From Azolla caroliniana (taxonomy: Eukaryota > Plantae > Polypodiophyta), in contig JBHGNT010000007.1 of the NCBI GenBank assembly GCA_043228905.1, positions 13,764,001-13,828,000 of the forward strand: 64,000 nucleotides of DNA, in the 5' to 3' direction. Below the pieces are notes generated by a model. The model was not told where the DNA came from and searched no databases. It saw nothing but the letters and a program-made list of their open reading frames with translations. Position numbers and translations under genes: made by a program. Positions 48,954 to 62,400 of this stretch are shown in pieces (position 1 is the stretch's first letter; each line of letters starts with the position of its first letter).

Positions 48954-49665
48954 GCATGGATTTCGACACTTTGAAGCTGATTTGATATAGATATTGCATT
49001 ATTTGTGAGTGGAATGCCCTTGGAGCTTGTTTCAAGCCATAGAGAGACTTTTTCAATCGACATATTGACACGGGGTGTGCTTTAGACTTTAATTGGAGTG
49101 ATTGTACCATGTACACTTCTTCAAGATCCCCCTGGAGGAAAGTGTTCTTCACATCCATTTGGTGAAGACGCCATCCTTTCGCTACCGTGATCTCTAGTAT
49201 GATGAATATTGTCGGACGTCATCTTTGCCATCAGGGCAAAGGTCTCTTTGTAGTTGATCATGTGCGTCTAAGCATAACCTTTTGCTACAACACGAGCTTT
49301 GTATCGGTTGACGATGCTATCCGCATTATACTTGATTTTGTACACCCATTGGCATTTGATAGCCTTCTTTTGCTCGGAGGATGGGACAAGGTTCGAGGTG
49401 TTGTTGTTGACCAATGCTTAGAGTTTGCTCCTCCATGGCTTCCATCCATCATCCATCAAGGATGTTGGGTTGCTTCGGTGAACCTATCTGGCTCTCGAAT
49501 AGTTGCCAGTTTCATCATAAACGCATAATGATGCACCATGTACTCACGATTGGTTTCTTCTACCAAGTTGATTGGTGAAGTTTCTCGCTTGCTGATTCAA
49601 GGTCCTTCTTAACTCTTGGTGTCCGCATGATGTGTACACCAAACTCGTTGTTGATTGATCTGGGC
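48954..49665 (-). mobile_element. Copia H fragment (RT N-terminal half)
   Basis: WVYKIKYNAD...[36 protein letters not shown]. Confidence 0.85.
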
Positions 49666-49815
49666 GAGGTGTCACGAACAGGTATAATTGAGCTGAACCA
49701 AGGCGAAACTAAGTATTAAGAGAGCGAATAGACAAGAAAAAGAGAACAAGAACTCAACTTATGCTTCTATAACTAGTGTTTTTCACCTTGATTAGATTGG
49801 GGCATTGGTGCTGGA

Positions 49816-49877
49816 ATTGGAAGACTACCGGGGTGTTGGTGAGACCAAATGGCATCACCTTGTACACGAAATGCCCG
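49816..49877 (-). mobile_element. Short chromovirus-type Gypsy RT remnant; LTR-like TGTCACG start nearby at about 49670
   Basis: GHFVYKVMPFGLTNTPVVFQ. Confidence 0.7.
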
Positions 49878-50059
49878 GGGGCTCCACTACATATAAAGAG
49901 GTTGTATCACGTGCGTTCATTACATATTTTTTAAACCCATGATACATATGTTTTTTACTATTTTAGATACCCTTATATGAAAAAACAGTTAGTAAAAATA
50001 CCCCTTATCGCCAATATATATTTTGACAACAACTCATTTTAAATGCCCTTACATAGAAG

Positions 50060-50330
50060 ACACATATATGTTTTATACATGTGTGTATGTATGTATTGTA
50101 TTGTATTGTATTGTATTGCATATGTTGTATATATTTTATGCATGGGTTGTGTGTATGTATGTATGTGTTATGTGTATGTGTGTCCTCATATGTATGTATT
50201 GTATTGCATGTATTGTATTGTATTGTATTCCATGTTTATTTATGTATGTATTGTATTGTATGTGTTGTATATCTTAGATGTATGGCATGTGTATATGTAT
50301 CTATGTGTTATGTGTTTGTGTGTGTGTAGT
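50060..50330. repeat. Degenerate (TATG)n/(TATTG)n/(TG)n microsatellite
   Basis: Direct inspection. Confidence 0.9.
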
Positions 50331-51329
50331 GGCTTGTGTCTATTTGCACCTAAATCATAAAGAGGCCTGGCGAGGGAGTCGCGCCATAGACGGTACAAGG
50401 CACTCAATTGAGGGTGTGTGCGATCTATATAAAAAAAACGTGCCATCAACAAATCTTATTTTTGTTAGCCCGACTCAAAGACAATTTCCCAACAGAGTTA
50501 CCCGACTCAAAGGCAATCACCTAACCAATCGCTCGACTCAAATAAAGTGCATGACCATCTAAGAGGCAAGCAAGTTACAAGGAAGTGATAAATTGAAAGA
50601 ATACTAAATGTGAATGTCCTCGTAATTAGAGTCATTCCTTAGATTCAATAAGTGTAAAGTTTGAGTCTTTATTCCCTCTTAGGGAGAAGAGGGTTCACTT
50701 TGCTTATTGGTCAATTTTGGGGTCTTTTAGGTTTACTTCTTCTTCAACTTCTTTCTTTTTTAGGGTTTCAACTTTTCGTTTTAGGGTATGGAGTCACTTT
50801 ACACGTCATTTACATTTATGGGACATTAATAGCTCTATTGAATTCAACAACACCTTAATTATTAAATGTGTTCATTTTTTTACATCACAAGTTTGTAGTT
50901 GTAGGAACACAAATGTAGAAAAGATAAATTGAAATTTGAAGGACTTAAGGGAAAAACTCGACTTGACATAAGGGAAGGGAATGACATGATAGGAGAGATT
51001 TGGGGATACCATGGGATTCTAGCAACTAGCAATTGATTCTTGCATGTCTACATTTTAGGAAGGGATAAAGACAAACAATATGGGAAGCTACAAACATGAA
51101 CCAAATTTTGCATTGAATCTAAGGTTTTGGGTTTACTAAAGTGGTAAGGATTCTTTTACTAATAAAGACTCAAGGGTGGGTTCATTATTTGGTTTGATAG
51201 CTATTCTCTATTTAAACTTTATGAAATTTCATCAACAATTATCATAAATACTCCCTTCAAATGCTCAATAATTTCTCACATCACAACATATTTTAATGAG
51301 GAAGAGATTAATATATGCTTATTCATGAT

Positions 51330-51410
51330 GTGAAGCTTATCAAACAATATATGTGTTACATGGGTCAAGCCACATTTGACATACATATCAATCACACTAT
51401 TGGCAATACA
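51330..51410 (-). pseudogene. Second PPR gene fragment
   Basis: IANSVIDMYVKCGLTHVTHILFDKL. Confidence 0.65.
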
Positions 51411-52119
51411 ACATCTCTTTCTAGTACACCTTTTCCTCAAATTACATAGTTTGCAACAAACAAACACATGCAAAACCAACTTGCACTAATAATGAAACAT
51501 GTTTCAAATCAAACCACCATTACACCTAAGGTTCAAATGATGTTTCAAACCAACAATAATTCATTAGACTAAAGGAAAGTAATGGAAATAGTTCTATAGC
51601 AAAACACATACAATTATTCATTTATCAATCGACTAGTCTATCTCCCCCCTTTACAACAACCACTCAAAAGCTTAAAGAACCATATTGCATAAGAACCATA
51701 TACTTGGAAGTTTCAAAGTTCATGCAAGTCATAGGAATGAAGACCAACCATAGCGAAGGAATAAATGCATGCTTCGCAGTCTTTTGGTAACATTTGTTTC
51801 TGCCTTTGCAGAGGTTGACGTGGATAGCCATCATCCCAAGTAGGAAATCATTGGAATTAGGATTCCCTAAAGAAAATATATTTCTGATCATTTCCTTTTA
51901 ATTTCAGCAATAAAAAGGAAACAGAATGAATACACAAAGCTATTTTATTAAACTATTATACATTCCTTGACCAATATGCTCAACCAAACATGGGTTCTAC
52001 TAAGCTACTAAGAAGAACAATGTTCATTCTTTTCTCATGACTTTATTTGCATGAAAAATGAGAAAATATGCCACAATGAGAACAAGGCACAATTCCAAGG
52101 TCACAAGACGAATACATCC

Positions 52120-52200
52120 CTGGACAATGCAACAACGGGAAAGTCCTGCTACTACAACAATACTCTTCGCAGCTTGCCTTGCAATGTAAGATCCACTTCA
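52120..52200 (-). pseudogene. SAMS: S-adenosylmethionine synthetase gene fragment (27 codons)
   Basis: *SGSYIARQAAKSIVVVAGLSRCCIVQ versus plant SAMS consensus RSGAYI(V/A)RQAAKSIVA.GLARRCIVQ. Confidence 0.8.
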
Positions 52201-52408
52201 TTGTTTCTGATTCTAATTATTATGTTGCTGCCGATGCTTCTTCTTCTTTTGATTATTTGAAATTCTGTCTCTTTCTTTATTGTAATTAGTTTACCCTAGT
52301 GGTACGTTATTTACACTATTAGCTTTACATCTTGGGTTCGAAACCCACTTTTCTCACTTCTCTATTACTCTATAGATATCTCTTATTTCACTAGATGCCA
52401 CTCTGAAA

Positions 52409-53960
52409 TGTAGGGGTTGAGCCTCTCTCTCTTTCTCTCTCTCCTTGCCCAAGTACAGATTAATTATAAATAATGAAAAGAGTATCCTTGTACAATTGGG
52501 TAGCTAGCCCTACAATTATTTCCGGCTTTATTGACTCCTAATATTCATGTGGTTACAATGTGTGCATATAACACTTACAATGATATTGAAATTTCACCGG
52601 CCAATGTGGAGAATAATAAGCCCCCTTGGGTTCTCGAAATGCACATTCTCCCCTTTATAAATAAGGTTCCCATCATCAATATCTTCCTCATATATCACAT
52701 TGAGACTTTCTGAGAGTATGATATTGTGAAATGCACATAAGAGATCAAAACCAGTCTAGTTAGCTTCTTACTTCTTACTCAATTTATAGTTTATACAAAG
52801 GTACCCATTTGGGTTGGCTTAGCTTAAAAGGGTATGCTAAAAGGGTGGGTCGGCTTAGGTACATGCATCCTAAAAAGGGTGTGCTAAAAGATTGGCACAA
52901 ACGCATACATGCACACCACATTTCCCCCTTGAGAGAAACAAGGAGGTTTACAACACGTGGAAAGGATGGGGGTCAGAAGATGGGCCTAGGGTGGCATGTT
53001 GGCAGGTTCGGAATGGACGTCAATGGACGATTCTGGTGGGAGGTGAGGATCACACCCATAGAGTGCTCTAAAAGGGCTGATTCGTGCGGCAACCTCCTGC
53101 TTGAGGGTTTTGTTGAGACATTCGGTGAAGATGGCGTGGGGATGTAAACATCTACGGACACGTAGTTGAGTTGCAATGACGTTGAGGACATCCCCCGTGG
53201 ATTTGTTGGCCTTGATAGTTGGACAGGGCTAGTGACAGAAAACGAGCTATCAATCAGCGAATAGAGATCAATCACTCTTGTGGACTAAGGGCCACCTGGA
53301 CTTAGCTGAGGTGGGGGACAGGAGGGCTATCGTGTCGGAGGGGGATCGAGGAAAGATCATATGGCGGCGAAGATCAATCGCTCCTATGGACTGAGGGCCA
53401 CCTGGAGTTGGCTGAGGTGGGGGACAAGAGGGCTATCGTGTCAGAGGGGGATCGAGGAAAGATCATATGGCGGCGAAGATCAATCGTTCCTGTGGACTGA
53501 GGGCCACCTGGACTTGGCTGAGGTGGGGGACAGGAGGGCTATCGTGTCGGAGGGGGATTGAGGAAAGATCATATGGCGGCGAAGATCAATTGTTCTTGTG
53601 GACTGAGGGCCACCTGGACGTGGCTGAGGTGGGGGACAGGAGGGCTATCGTGTCAAAGGGGGATCGGGGATCGTGTAGGAAGGGGATCGGAGAAACTCGT
53701 GGGACAAGAAATTAGTGGGCAACCTAAGGTGAGGGGGAAGAGTTGGTGGGGCAAGACATAAAAGTGGTGTGAGAAGGTGAGAGTGCCTAAGGTGAAGGTG
53801 TAGTGGGTTTGCATGCTAGAGAGGTATAGATAATGATCGCAAAAAAGGACTTGGATGGATGTCAGGAGGCCTAACTAGTGAACTAAGGCGGTGCTAATGG
53901 AAGAGATACTACTACAAGAGACTAACAAGATAGTGTGGGTGATGGTGGCGAGAGCGATGC
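52409..53960 (-). mobile_element. 3' non-coding region, PPT (52921-52930) and probable LTR of an unassigned LTR element
   Basis: AAGGGGGAAA|TGTGGTG on the minus strand; far LTR end uncertain. Confidence 0.4.
53265..53667. repeat. 106-bp tandem repeat, about 3.8 copies
   Basis: AGATCAAT... units start at 53265, 53371, 53477 and 53583. Confidence 0.92.
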
Positions 53961-53967
53961 ATACCTA

Positions 53968-56900
53968 CGAAGCGATTTACGGAACCATCAACATTGTGCT
54001 TCACCTTGTAAATCCACCTGCAACCAATTGGTTTCTTGTTCGGGGGGAGAGGAACGAGATCCCATGTCTCATTTTTGCATAACGCTTCCATCTCCTCATT
54101 CATCGCGTTGAACCATTGTGGATCCTTTGCGGCTTCGGAAAGCATTTCCGGTTCCCGTACTAACACTACCTTCATCATGAATGCGTAATGATACGCCATG
54201 TGTTCGTCGTAGCCGTAGCGGTTTACGAGGTTCTTCTCGCGCGTGGATCAGCGTGGCTTGTCATTTGTGGGTTCTAGGGATTTCTTCACGCCGTCCGTGT
54301 GGATGTCAAGGCCTTTGACCTCATTGTCGAAATCGAAATGATCTTCATACTCCTGCATTTTCACCTTGCCTTTGTCTAGCAGTGGACTCGGCCGAGATGT
54401 GCTTTGATCACTTGGGGGCTCTTGTGGTCCACTTAGCCATGTCAAGATTGGACTTTCTTCGTGCATATGCGTGAGAAGATCTTCAACTTCTATTCTTATT
54501 TTGGTGTCATCCGCATTGAGTGAGGTTTGAGTGGAAGTATTCTCCAGTGCGTACCAGGATGCGTATTCGTCGTAGACTATGTCTCGACTTGTTCGAACCT
54601 TATGGGTAGATGGGTTGTAGCATTTGTACCCCTTCTGTTCGAGTGAGTATCCTACGAGGATACATTTCTCCGACTTTGGGTCAAAGCTTTTGCCACGTAT
54701 CGTTGGGAATATGTACGTAGGTGATAGAGCCGAAAATGCAGACATGCAATAAGTCCGGCTTCTTTCCAAAGAACTTCTCATGAGGAGTTATGTCGTGTAC
54801 TCCTGAGGTTGTGCACCTATTCATGAGGTATACGGCCATGTTTGCGGCTTCTGCCCAGTACGATTTCGGCAGGTTCTTCTCATTCATCATGGCTCGTGCG
54901 ACTTCTACTATGTGGCGGTTTTTACGCTCAGCTACGCCGTTTTGCTGAGGTGTATGTCAACACGAGAACTCTCGTCGGACTCCTTCCTTGCGGAGATACA
55001 CCAAGAAGTCATCCGAAAAATATTCTTTGCCTCCATCTGATCGAAGGCAGCGTAGCGTATATGCCGGCCCGTGGTTTTTTCCACTTCTGCTTTGAACTTC
55101 TGGAAGTGGCCGAACACTTCACTCTTTTGCTTCATCGGATAAATCCAGGTATTTCTGGAGAAGTCGTCGATGAACGTGACATAGTAATGGCATCCGCCGA
55201 AAGTAGCTGTTTGGGTTGGTTCCCACACGTCTGAATGTATGACATCTAGGATCCCTTTGCTTACATTCCGCTCTTTTGGGAATGGATGACGGCGTTGCTT
55301 TCTGAATTGACACACTTCGCACACACCCGTGATCTCCTTTGCTGTGAAGTTCGGGAGTCCGATTACGACTCCTTTTGTCTGCATGTTCTAAAGCTTTTGG
55401 AGATTGATGTGGCCGATTCTCTTGTGCCACAACTTTAAGTCGGTTTCGACTTTCTGGCCTTTTGCGTACATGGCCGACTTTACTTCGCTCGACTCGAGGA
55501 TGAACATATGGCCTTCTCGTCTGCCGTGAGCTACGATTTGATCGCCTTTTTCAATGAAGCACCCATCGTTGTTAAAGCGTACCTGCATTCCTTGTTCTAC
55601 AATCTGGCCGACCGAGACCAGATTTTTCGTGATGGTGGGAACATGCAGTACGTTCTTGAGGTAGGTTTGTTAGTCGTCGTTTCTGAATGGGACATTCCCG
55701 ATATGTTGTATTGGGTGAGTCGTATCATCACCTGTTTCGACATATCCGGGACGTTCGGGCTTCCATAATTACCAAAACCAATCTTCATGGGAAGTCATGT
55801 GATTGGAAGCTCCCGAATCGACAAACCATACACTATTAGGAGTGGAGGTGCTAGTTGTTGCAAATGCAGACATCGAGTGTACTTCGTGCTTCATTATGAA
55901 CATTCCGCCATGGTCGTCGTAGTCGTAGTTTGTGGTATAGTTCGTAAGTTGTTGGCCTGCCTCACGTTTCTTCTTTTGGCACTCTTCTTCGTACTGGCCG
56001 GGTTTTCCGCAGTACCCACACTCGACTGGGTTTCGGCGATTGCTCGGTCCGGCGTTATGACTCCCCCTTCCGCCAAGCTCTCTGGGCCCATTCCTGCTAG
56101 CTTGCCACTGGTGGGAGTTACGCCCTTGATTCCGCCGATCATTATGGCCTTGTCCGAAATGACCTCTGTTTCCACGACCGAAATCTCTTCTATTATCCGA
56201 CTGGGAGTAGAGCAAATGACCATCTGATGCGTTGTTCCTCTGTTGGGCGTGATTCTCTTCGACCAGCAATATCGATTGAAGGTCGAAGAAGGAGGGAGGG
56301 TTCTCCCTTGCGAGAATGGCCGATCTAATTGTGCCGAAACCCGGTGCTAAGCCTCTGAGGCATATCTGCACCGGTTCGTCATCGTCAATGATGACGTTGA
56401 TCGATCCGAGGGCGTCACATAGCTCCTTGATCTTCAAGGTATAGTTGCCGATTGGCATGTCCTTTTGTTGAAGATTGTTCAGCGCCTATCGAAGTTGGAG
56501 CTTTTGTGCGGCCGTATTGGCTACGAAGATCTTCTTGAGGTTTTCCCACGCTTGCTTTGGCATTTTAGCCTCTCGAATGTAGCCAAGCATATGATCATGA
56601 ACGCATGATGCAAGGCAATACAACACACGGCTTGCGGCCTGCTCCCAAGCGGGATAGTCAACGTGTGTTGGGTTGGGGTGTGATTTGTGAGCTCCTTCGA
56701 TGTAGCTCCAGTAGCCTTGTCCGACAAGATATTGATGCATCTTGTATTCTCAAGATGCAAAGTTTGTTCTGTCGAGCTTCTCGGTAGGAAGAGTGCTTCC
56801 CATTTGATTATTCATGGTGATTTCTTCTTTGTCGATGGGCCGGCTCTGTTGATTGTCGGCGTGCAGCACAACACAGTCGAAAAATGCTTGATCAGGCAAC

Positions 56901-57217
56901 CACTCACTCTGATACCAAGTTAGGAAATGGAATGGCAATTGTGGTTGTAGTGCAGCGGAAGGTGAGCATATGTGTGTGTGTGTGTGTGTATAACAATAGA
57001 GAGAGAGAGAGAGAGAGCTAAAGTGACAGAGATAGACAAAGGTATATATGATATGAACACAACGAGATACATCCAACAATAACTAAATTACAATGAGTTG
57101 GTTTATATACCAACTAAGCTAGGGCAAGCGCCCTTTCTACTATTTACACAACTAGCTTGGAGTGTCCATGAGCTAGTGTGAAACCTATCTATGGGAAGTT
57201 GAGTTCAATTCTCAACA
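53968..57217 (-). mobile_element. Copia J, 5' half: LTR 56918-57217, PBS 56906-56917, gag-PR-INT-start of RT; inserted into Copia L
   Basis: TGGTATCAGAG PBS, KLDRTNFAS, WFVDSGASNH, WHKRIGH, FIDDFSR, ETWDLVPLP...CRWIYKVK; truncated after VNR. Confidence 0.88.
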
Positions 57218-58405
57218 GAGCTTAATGGAAAGATGCTCTATGCATCGGCCGTAGGAAGTATCATGTACGCAATGATGGCGACCTGACCTGACCTAGCCCA
57301 TGTCGTAGAGGTGGTCAACCGATACATCTCAAACCAAGGACGGAAGCATTGGGAGGCTGTCAAGCACATCCTTAGATATCTGAAAGGAACCATGGATGCA
57401 CAATTGACTTTCGAACTGACAACCTTAGCCAAAGTCGAAGGCTACAATGATTCCGACTATGCCGGGAACACAGACAATTGGAAATCGACATCAGGTTACA
57501 TCTTCACCTACGGTGGTGGTGCAATATCATGGAGGTCGAAACTTCAAGAGTGCACGACTTTGTCAACCACTGAAGCCGAGTACATAGCAACATCGGAGGT
57601 AGCGAAGGAAGCAATTTGGCTACATCGATTGTTTGTCGACTTCTCAGCTATAAGCCAAACCGACCGACCTGTGCCAACCATCTATCGGGACTCACAGAGC
57701 GCAATACACCTCATCAACAATCCTGTCTATCATGCAAAGTGAAAGCACATTGAGGTGCGGTATCATCAAATCTAGGAGCTCACAATTGAGAAGAAGCTTG
57801 AGATACGGAAGATTGACATCGAGGTGAACATCGCAGATTGCCTGACAAAGCCACTCCCAGATCAACACTTCGGAGCACTAAGGACAAAGATGGGACTACA
57901 ACAAGCGACCAAGTAGAAGAAAGCTGAACGAGGAGCAGACGGTAAGAGTCGACTGAATCAATCCTGATAATGAACATGCTAGGCTCGACATGGACCTCAC
58001 CTATGCGGACTCTACTATATGCCGACCGACTAACATAAATTTAGATTAGTGTTGTAATCTAGGTTTACGGGGGAGACAACCCCAAAATTTTGTATATGTA
58101 AGAAAGAGTAGTCCTTTTACGGGGAGTTTGTTGGCATAAAAGGCTGACTCCTTCTGCTTTGTATCCTAGTGTGAACTCGTCCACATAGTTAGGGCTTACT
58201 ATATAAGCTATAACCTAACGTTGTAAAGAATAATCTTCTTAATCATCTATCATATATCGAGTCTCTTAGAGAGAGACATAGAACGTAATAGAGCTTCCAT
58301 TAAAGCTTCAATATGTGTATATCCTTTCTTCTCTTTCTGTGTTGTTTTCTAAGTACGAACTGAGATAGATCCTCGTATGTTTCCGCATACACTTACACTT
58401 CAACA
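57218..58405 (+). mobile_element. Copia L 3' fragment: RT end/RNase H, PPT, 3' LTR 58129-58405
   Basis: YASAVGSIMY, DSDYAG, STTEAEY, DSQSAIHL; ACGGGGAGTT|TGTTGG...CAACA. Confidence 0.82.
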
Positions 58406-58522
58406 ATGAAGTAGAACGTTAGTACCTCCTGGTGGGGCCCGACTTGAAGTACCAATGGGATGGTGGAATGGGATTTTATATTCCACCCCCGAAGCTCGAT
58501 GATTTGCGCATTGATAATAAAA

Positions 58523-58603
58523 TAGGGATGACAGGATTTGAATCTCCAACATTTTGTACCCAAAACAAAAAGCAAATGCGCTACCGAACTGCACAACATC
58601 CCT
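58523..58603 (-). pseudogene. trnP: Plastid-derived tRNA-Pro(UGG) pseudogene (NUPT)
   Basis: AGGGATGT...GGTAGCGC...TTTTGGGTACAAAATGT...TTCAAATCCTGTCATCCCTA matches chloroplast trnP-UGG, with a 7-nt insertion and substitutions. Confidence 0.85.
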
Positions 58604-58769
58604 ATATTCATCGTGATTGACATCACTAATATGAAATTAGTTGATGACTCAAAGTTATTTGGACGTAGCAGGCAATAGCGAAGCCTGTAAATTATTGTGT
58701 ATTCAAGTTCTAAGTACCAGTAACTGCAAATATGCAAACGTGCTTTTGTAACCACCCCCTAAGAGAGAA

Positions 58770-59290
58770 CCCACCTGTCTATAGCTTCAACGGATATGGG
58801 TTGGGATGTGCAAACGGTGGGGTATTATGTGTTCGGACAAACTAGATATCAATAAAATAAGTAGATGCTCTGGAGTCAAGCAAGGCATGAGATTGTATTG
58901 AAGTAGACGTGAAACAAAGACTTACTTTCAAATCAAAACCTCCTAATGACATAACTGAATTGTGCAAGCATGGAGAAGTTAGGTAATGGAAAGCGTCCAG
59001 TGGCATGGCTCCTACTGCAGCTGGACTTGCTTGTTTTCTTGTTGTTGAGAAACCTCTGCAAGATGTGCTCAGTGGAATTGGTGCCGAGCGCCCTGCACCG
59101 GGCAATGGTGGATGACATGGCCGGGGGTACCAGAATAGATATAGAGGCCATTGTAATGTCGATGTTGGCGTTGGGCGTCAATTAATGCTTGGAACCGAGC
59201 ATGGTTGATCTCCATTGGGGTATGGGTATCGACCTCCATTGGGTTATGTGTATTAGTTGAGGATGTTAATGTTGGTGTGGTTGGCAAAAT
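58770..59290 (-). mobile_element. Chromovirus-type Gypsy gag-protease remnant
   Basis: PMEVD, QRQHRHYNGLYIYSGTPGHVIHHCP (decayed knuckle), ALLDSRASTYFID. Confidence 0.75.
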
Positions 59291-59417
59291 TCATATGTAT
59301 GGCCTGACTATTGATGCGTTTCGGGAGGACTAAAACCCTCGATTCCCACATTCTTCTTGACAAAGTTCAAAAAGATGATTATCACACTGAACGACTTGGG
59401 AGATTACTTGAGACAAT

Positions 59418-62400
59418 TGTAGGTTTCTATCATTGAGTTTTGAGAAAGAGAAAGACCAACTATGGAATACACAACAATGCGGAAGATAGAAAAAAAAACA
59501 ACAAATGCACAATACACAATGTTTTACATGGAAACCCTAAACGGGGAAAACCACTGGAGAACAAATCTTTACTATACAGTATAGTGGATATACAAGATGA
59601 CGAGATTACAACACTCTCTCCTCATAGAGTGTAACAGCCTCATAGAGCCCTTGACGTTTGAGTTCACTCAGTTATGGTGTCGTTGCCTCTCGCTCTCACT
59701 CATGCTCTTTTGTCTCGCACACTTCAACAATTACTCACAACTATTTGTTCTACACACTCTCTATGTTTGCCTTAAGTGTATTTATACTTATACACTATAT
59801 GGGCTATTTACAAATGTAGCCACTGCTACTATCATTCCTACTATAACAATAATAGTTAATCGGCCGACTAATCGATTAGTTGACTCCAGTGTCGACTATC
59901 CAGTTGGCCCAACTAGTCGGCCTTATCTTCGACCATTTGGTCGGCCCGATTAGTTGGTCGTATCTTCGACTTGGACTCTCCATGTCTTCGATTGTCTGGA
60001 CTCAACCCGATCAGTCGGCTGCTCCCATAGAAGGGACATATTCTTAACAAACTCCCCCTTCACTGGCATGTACTCTACCGCTGTGGTCGACAAGGCCACA
60101 GACTTCTGCAATCATGACTGCAACGACACTGCTCCCCCTGCATAAGTCATCACGCACCCTGAAGTGGATCGACTTGAGTTTGCATCCCTCGACATATCTG
60201 AGTCGGTAAACCCTTCGAGCATGGGTTTTTCGACACCATACGTATGGAACACACCCGAGGTGCCTTTTAAGTACCTGAGTATCCATTTTACAGCTGCCCA
60301 GTGTTCTCTGTCTAGATTACTCATGTATCGTTTTACCGCTCCCACGACAAATTCTATGTCTGGTTTCGTGCAGACCATAACATACATTAAACTTCCAACG
60401 ACTGAGGCATATGGTACTTTCTTCATCTCGGCCTTTTCTTTCTCCCCTCTCGGGCATTGCTTGGCATTAAGCTTGCAGTTGATCGGCAACACAAAGCCGA
60501 TTGGCTTTGCTTCCGACATGTCGAATCTTTCTAGGATCTTCGTCACATATTTCTCTTGTGACAACCACAACACTTTCTTAGTTCTATCTCGAACTATGTG
60601 CATCCCTAAGATCTTCTTTGCCGATCCAAGATCTTTCATGGCAAATGACTTGCCTAGTGCTTTCTTCAAGCTCACGATCATCTTCATGTCTTGTCTGACT
60701 ATGAACATGTCATCTGCATATAATAGGAAAATCAAGAAGTCACCTTCTTCGTACCTTTTGACGAACACACAATGATCAACCTGTGTTTTCTAGAACCTAT
60801 GTTCCACCATGAAGGACTTGAACTTCTTGTACCATTGGTGCGGGGTTTGTTTCAGCCCATACAAGATTTTCTTCAATCGACACACTAGGTTCTCTTTCCC
60901 TTTCTCCGCAAAGCCTTCGGGCTGCTACATGTAGATCTCTTCATCAAACTCCCCATGCAAGAATGTTGTATTGACATCCAACAGTTCGATCTCTAGGTCC
61001 ATAATGGCAGCTATGCTTAGGACAGTTTGAATTGATGTCATCTTCACTACTAGTGCGAATATTTCATTGAAGTCAACACCCTTTTTCTGTTGGAACCCCA
61101 TCACCACAATGCGGGCTTTAAATCTGGGTGTGTTGTTGACTTCTCCAATCTTCACCTTGTAGGCCCATTTATTTCTGAGTGCTCTTTTACCTTTTGGTAG
61201 TTCTACCAGGTCATAGGTGTAGTTCTCATGCAAGAGTCCATTTCATCTTGCATTGCGCTCAACCATTTCTCCTTGCACTCAACTATTTATCCTTGTGCAT
61301 TGGCTTCTTCATAGCACTCCGACTCACCTTCATCAGTTAAGAGGATGTATTGACTAGCATATGTCATCGGTGATCTCCTTTCTCTGAGTGGGTATCTCCT
61401 TCCACTCGTTGTCGACTCCAGTTCGGATGCCTCTGCTGACTCTACTCTTGGCTCAAATTCATATGTGTCGATTGGTCGTTGGGGTTTAGCCGATTCCGTC
61501 TCATAGTCCTCAATTGGCTTCAATAGGTTTGATGACTCCGACTCTTATGTATTTGTTGGTTGCTTTGAGTCTACCGACTTAGATTCAGCCGTGCTGACTG
61601 GCTATCTCCGAACAACAGATTGTGTCGGTTCACTTGTCCTTAAGTCGATAGTAGTGGGGATAGACTGGGAAGACGATTCAGACTTCTGTGGCTTCTGGTC
61701 CTCTATTGTCTTGTCTTCCAAGAAGACTACATCCTGACTCCTCACTACCTTCTTGTCGACTAGGTTCCACCGCCCATAACTGAACTCATCCTCCAAGTAT
61801 CCCATGAATATGCATAGTTTCGACTTATTGTTGAGCTTCGACCTCTGATCCTTAGCCACATGCATATATACTAAACATCCAAACACCCTCAGGTGTCGGT
61901 AGGAGACATCCTTTCCTGTCCACACCCTTTGGGGGACATCACCCTTAAGTGGTACTGAGGTGGACATATTGATCAGGTAGACAAATGTGTACATTGCTTT
62001 AGCCCAATACGATTTTCGCAATTTAGCGTGAGAGAGCATGCTCCTTAGTCTCTCCATGATTTCCCAATTCATCCTCTCTGCAAGCCCATTCAACTCAGGG
62101 GTCTTTGGTTCAGTGTATTCGATTCAAATACCATGGGCCTTGCAGTATTCCTCAAACTACCCTTTATATTTGCCACCATTGTCAGTTTGGACATCCATCA
62201 GTTTCTGACCCGACTCTCGTTCAGTTCTTGCCTGGAACTCCTTGAACATTGATAGTACTTGATCCTTTGACTTCAGTACGAAGGCTCATGTCTTCTGACT
62301 ATGGTCGTCAATAAATGTCACGAAGTACTGTCCACCTCGATGTGATGGAGCATCTACATAGCACACATCCGTGTGTACTAGTTCCAGTGCAACTTCTCTT

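Noticed and set aside
50023-50360. Cys/Val/Tyr-rich ORFs in three frames
   Set aside because: They are translations of a TATG/TATTG microsatellite.
51660-51850. Possible exon pair with GT/AG sites
   Set aside because: No recognisable protein in any frame, and the apparent intron is too short.
58129-58405. LTR of Copia L as the missing 3' LTR of A
   Set aside because: It does not match 47-365 beyond short motifs, and L repeats RT/RNase H sequence that A already has.
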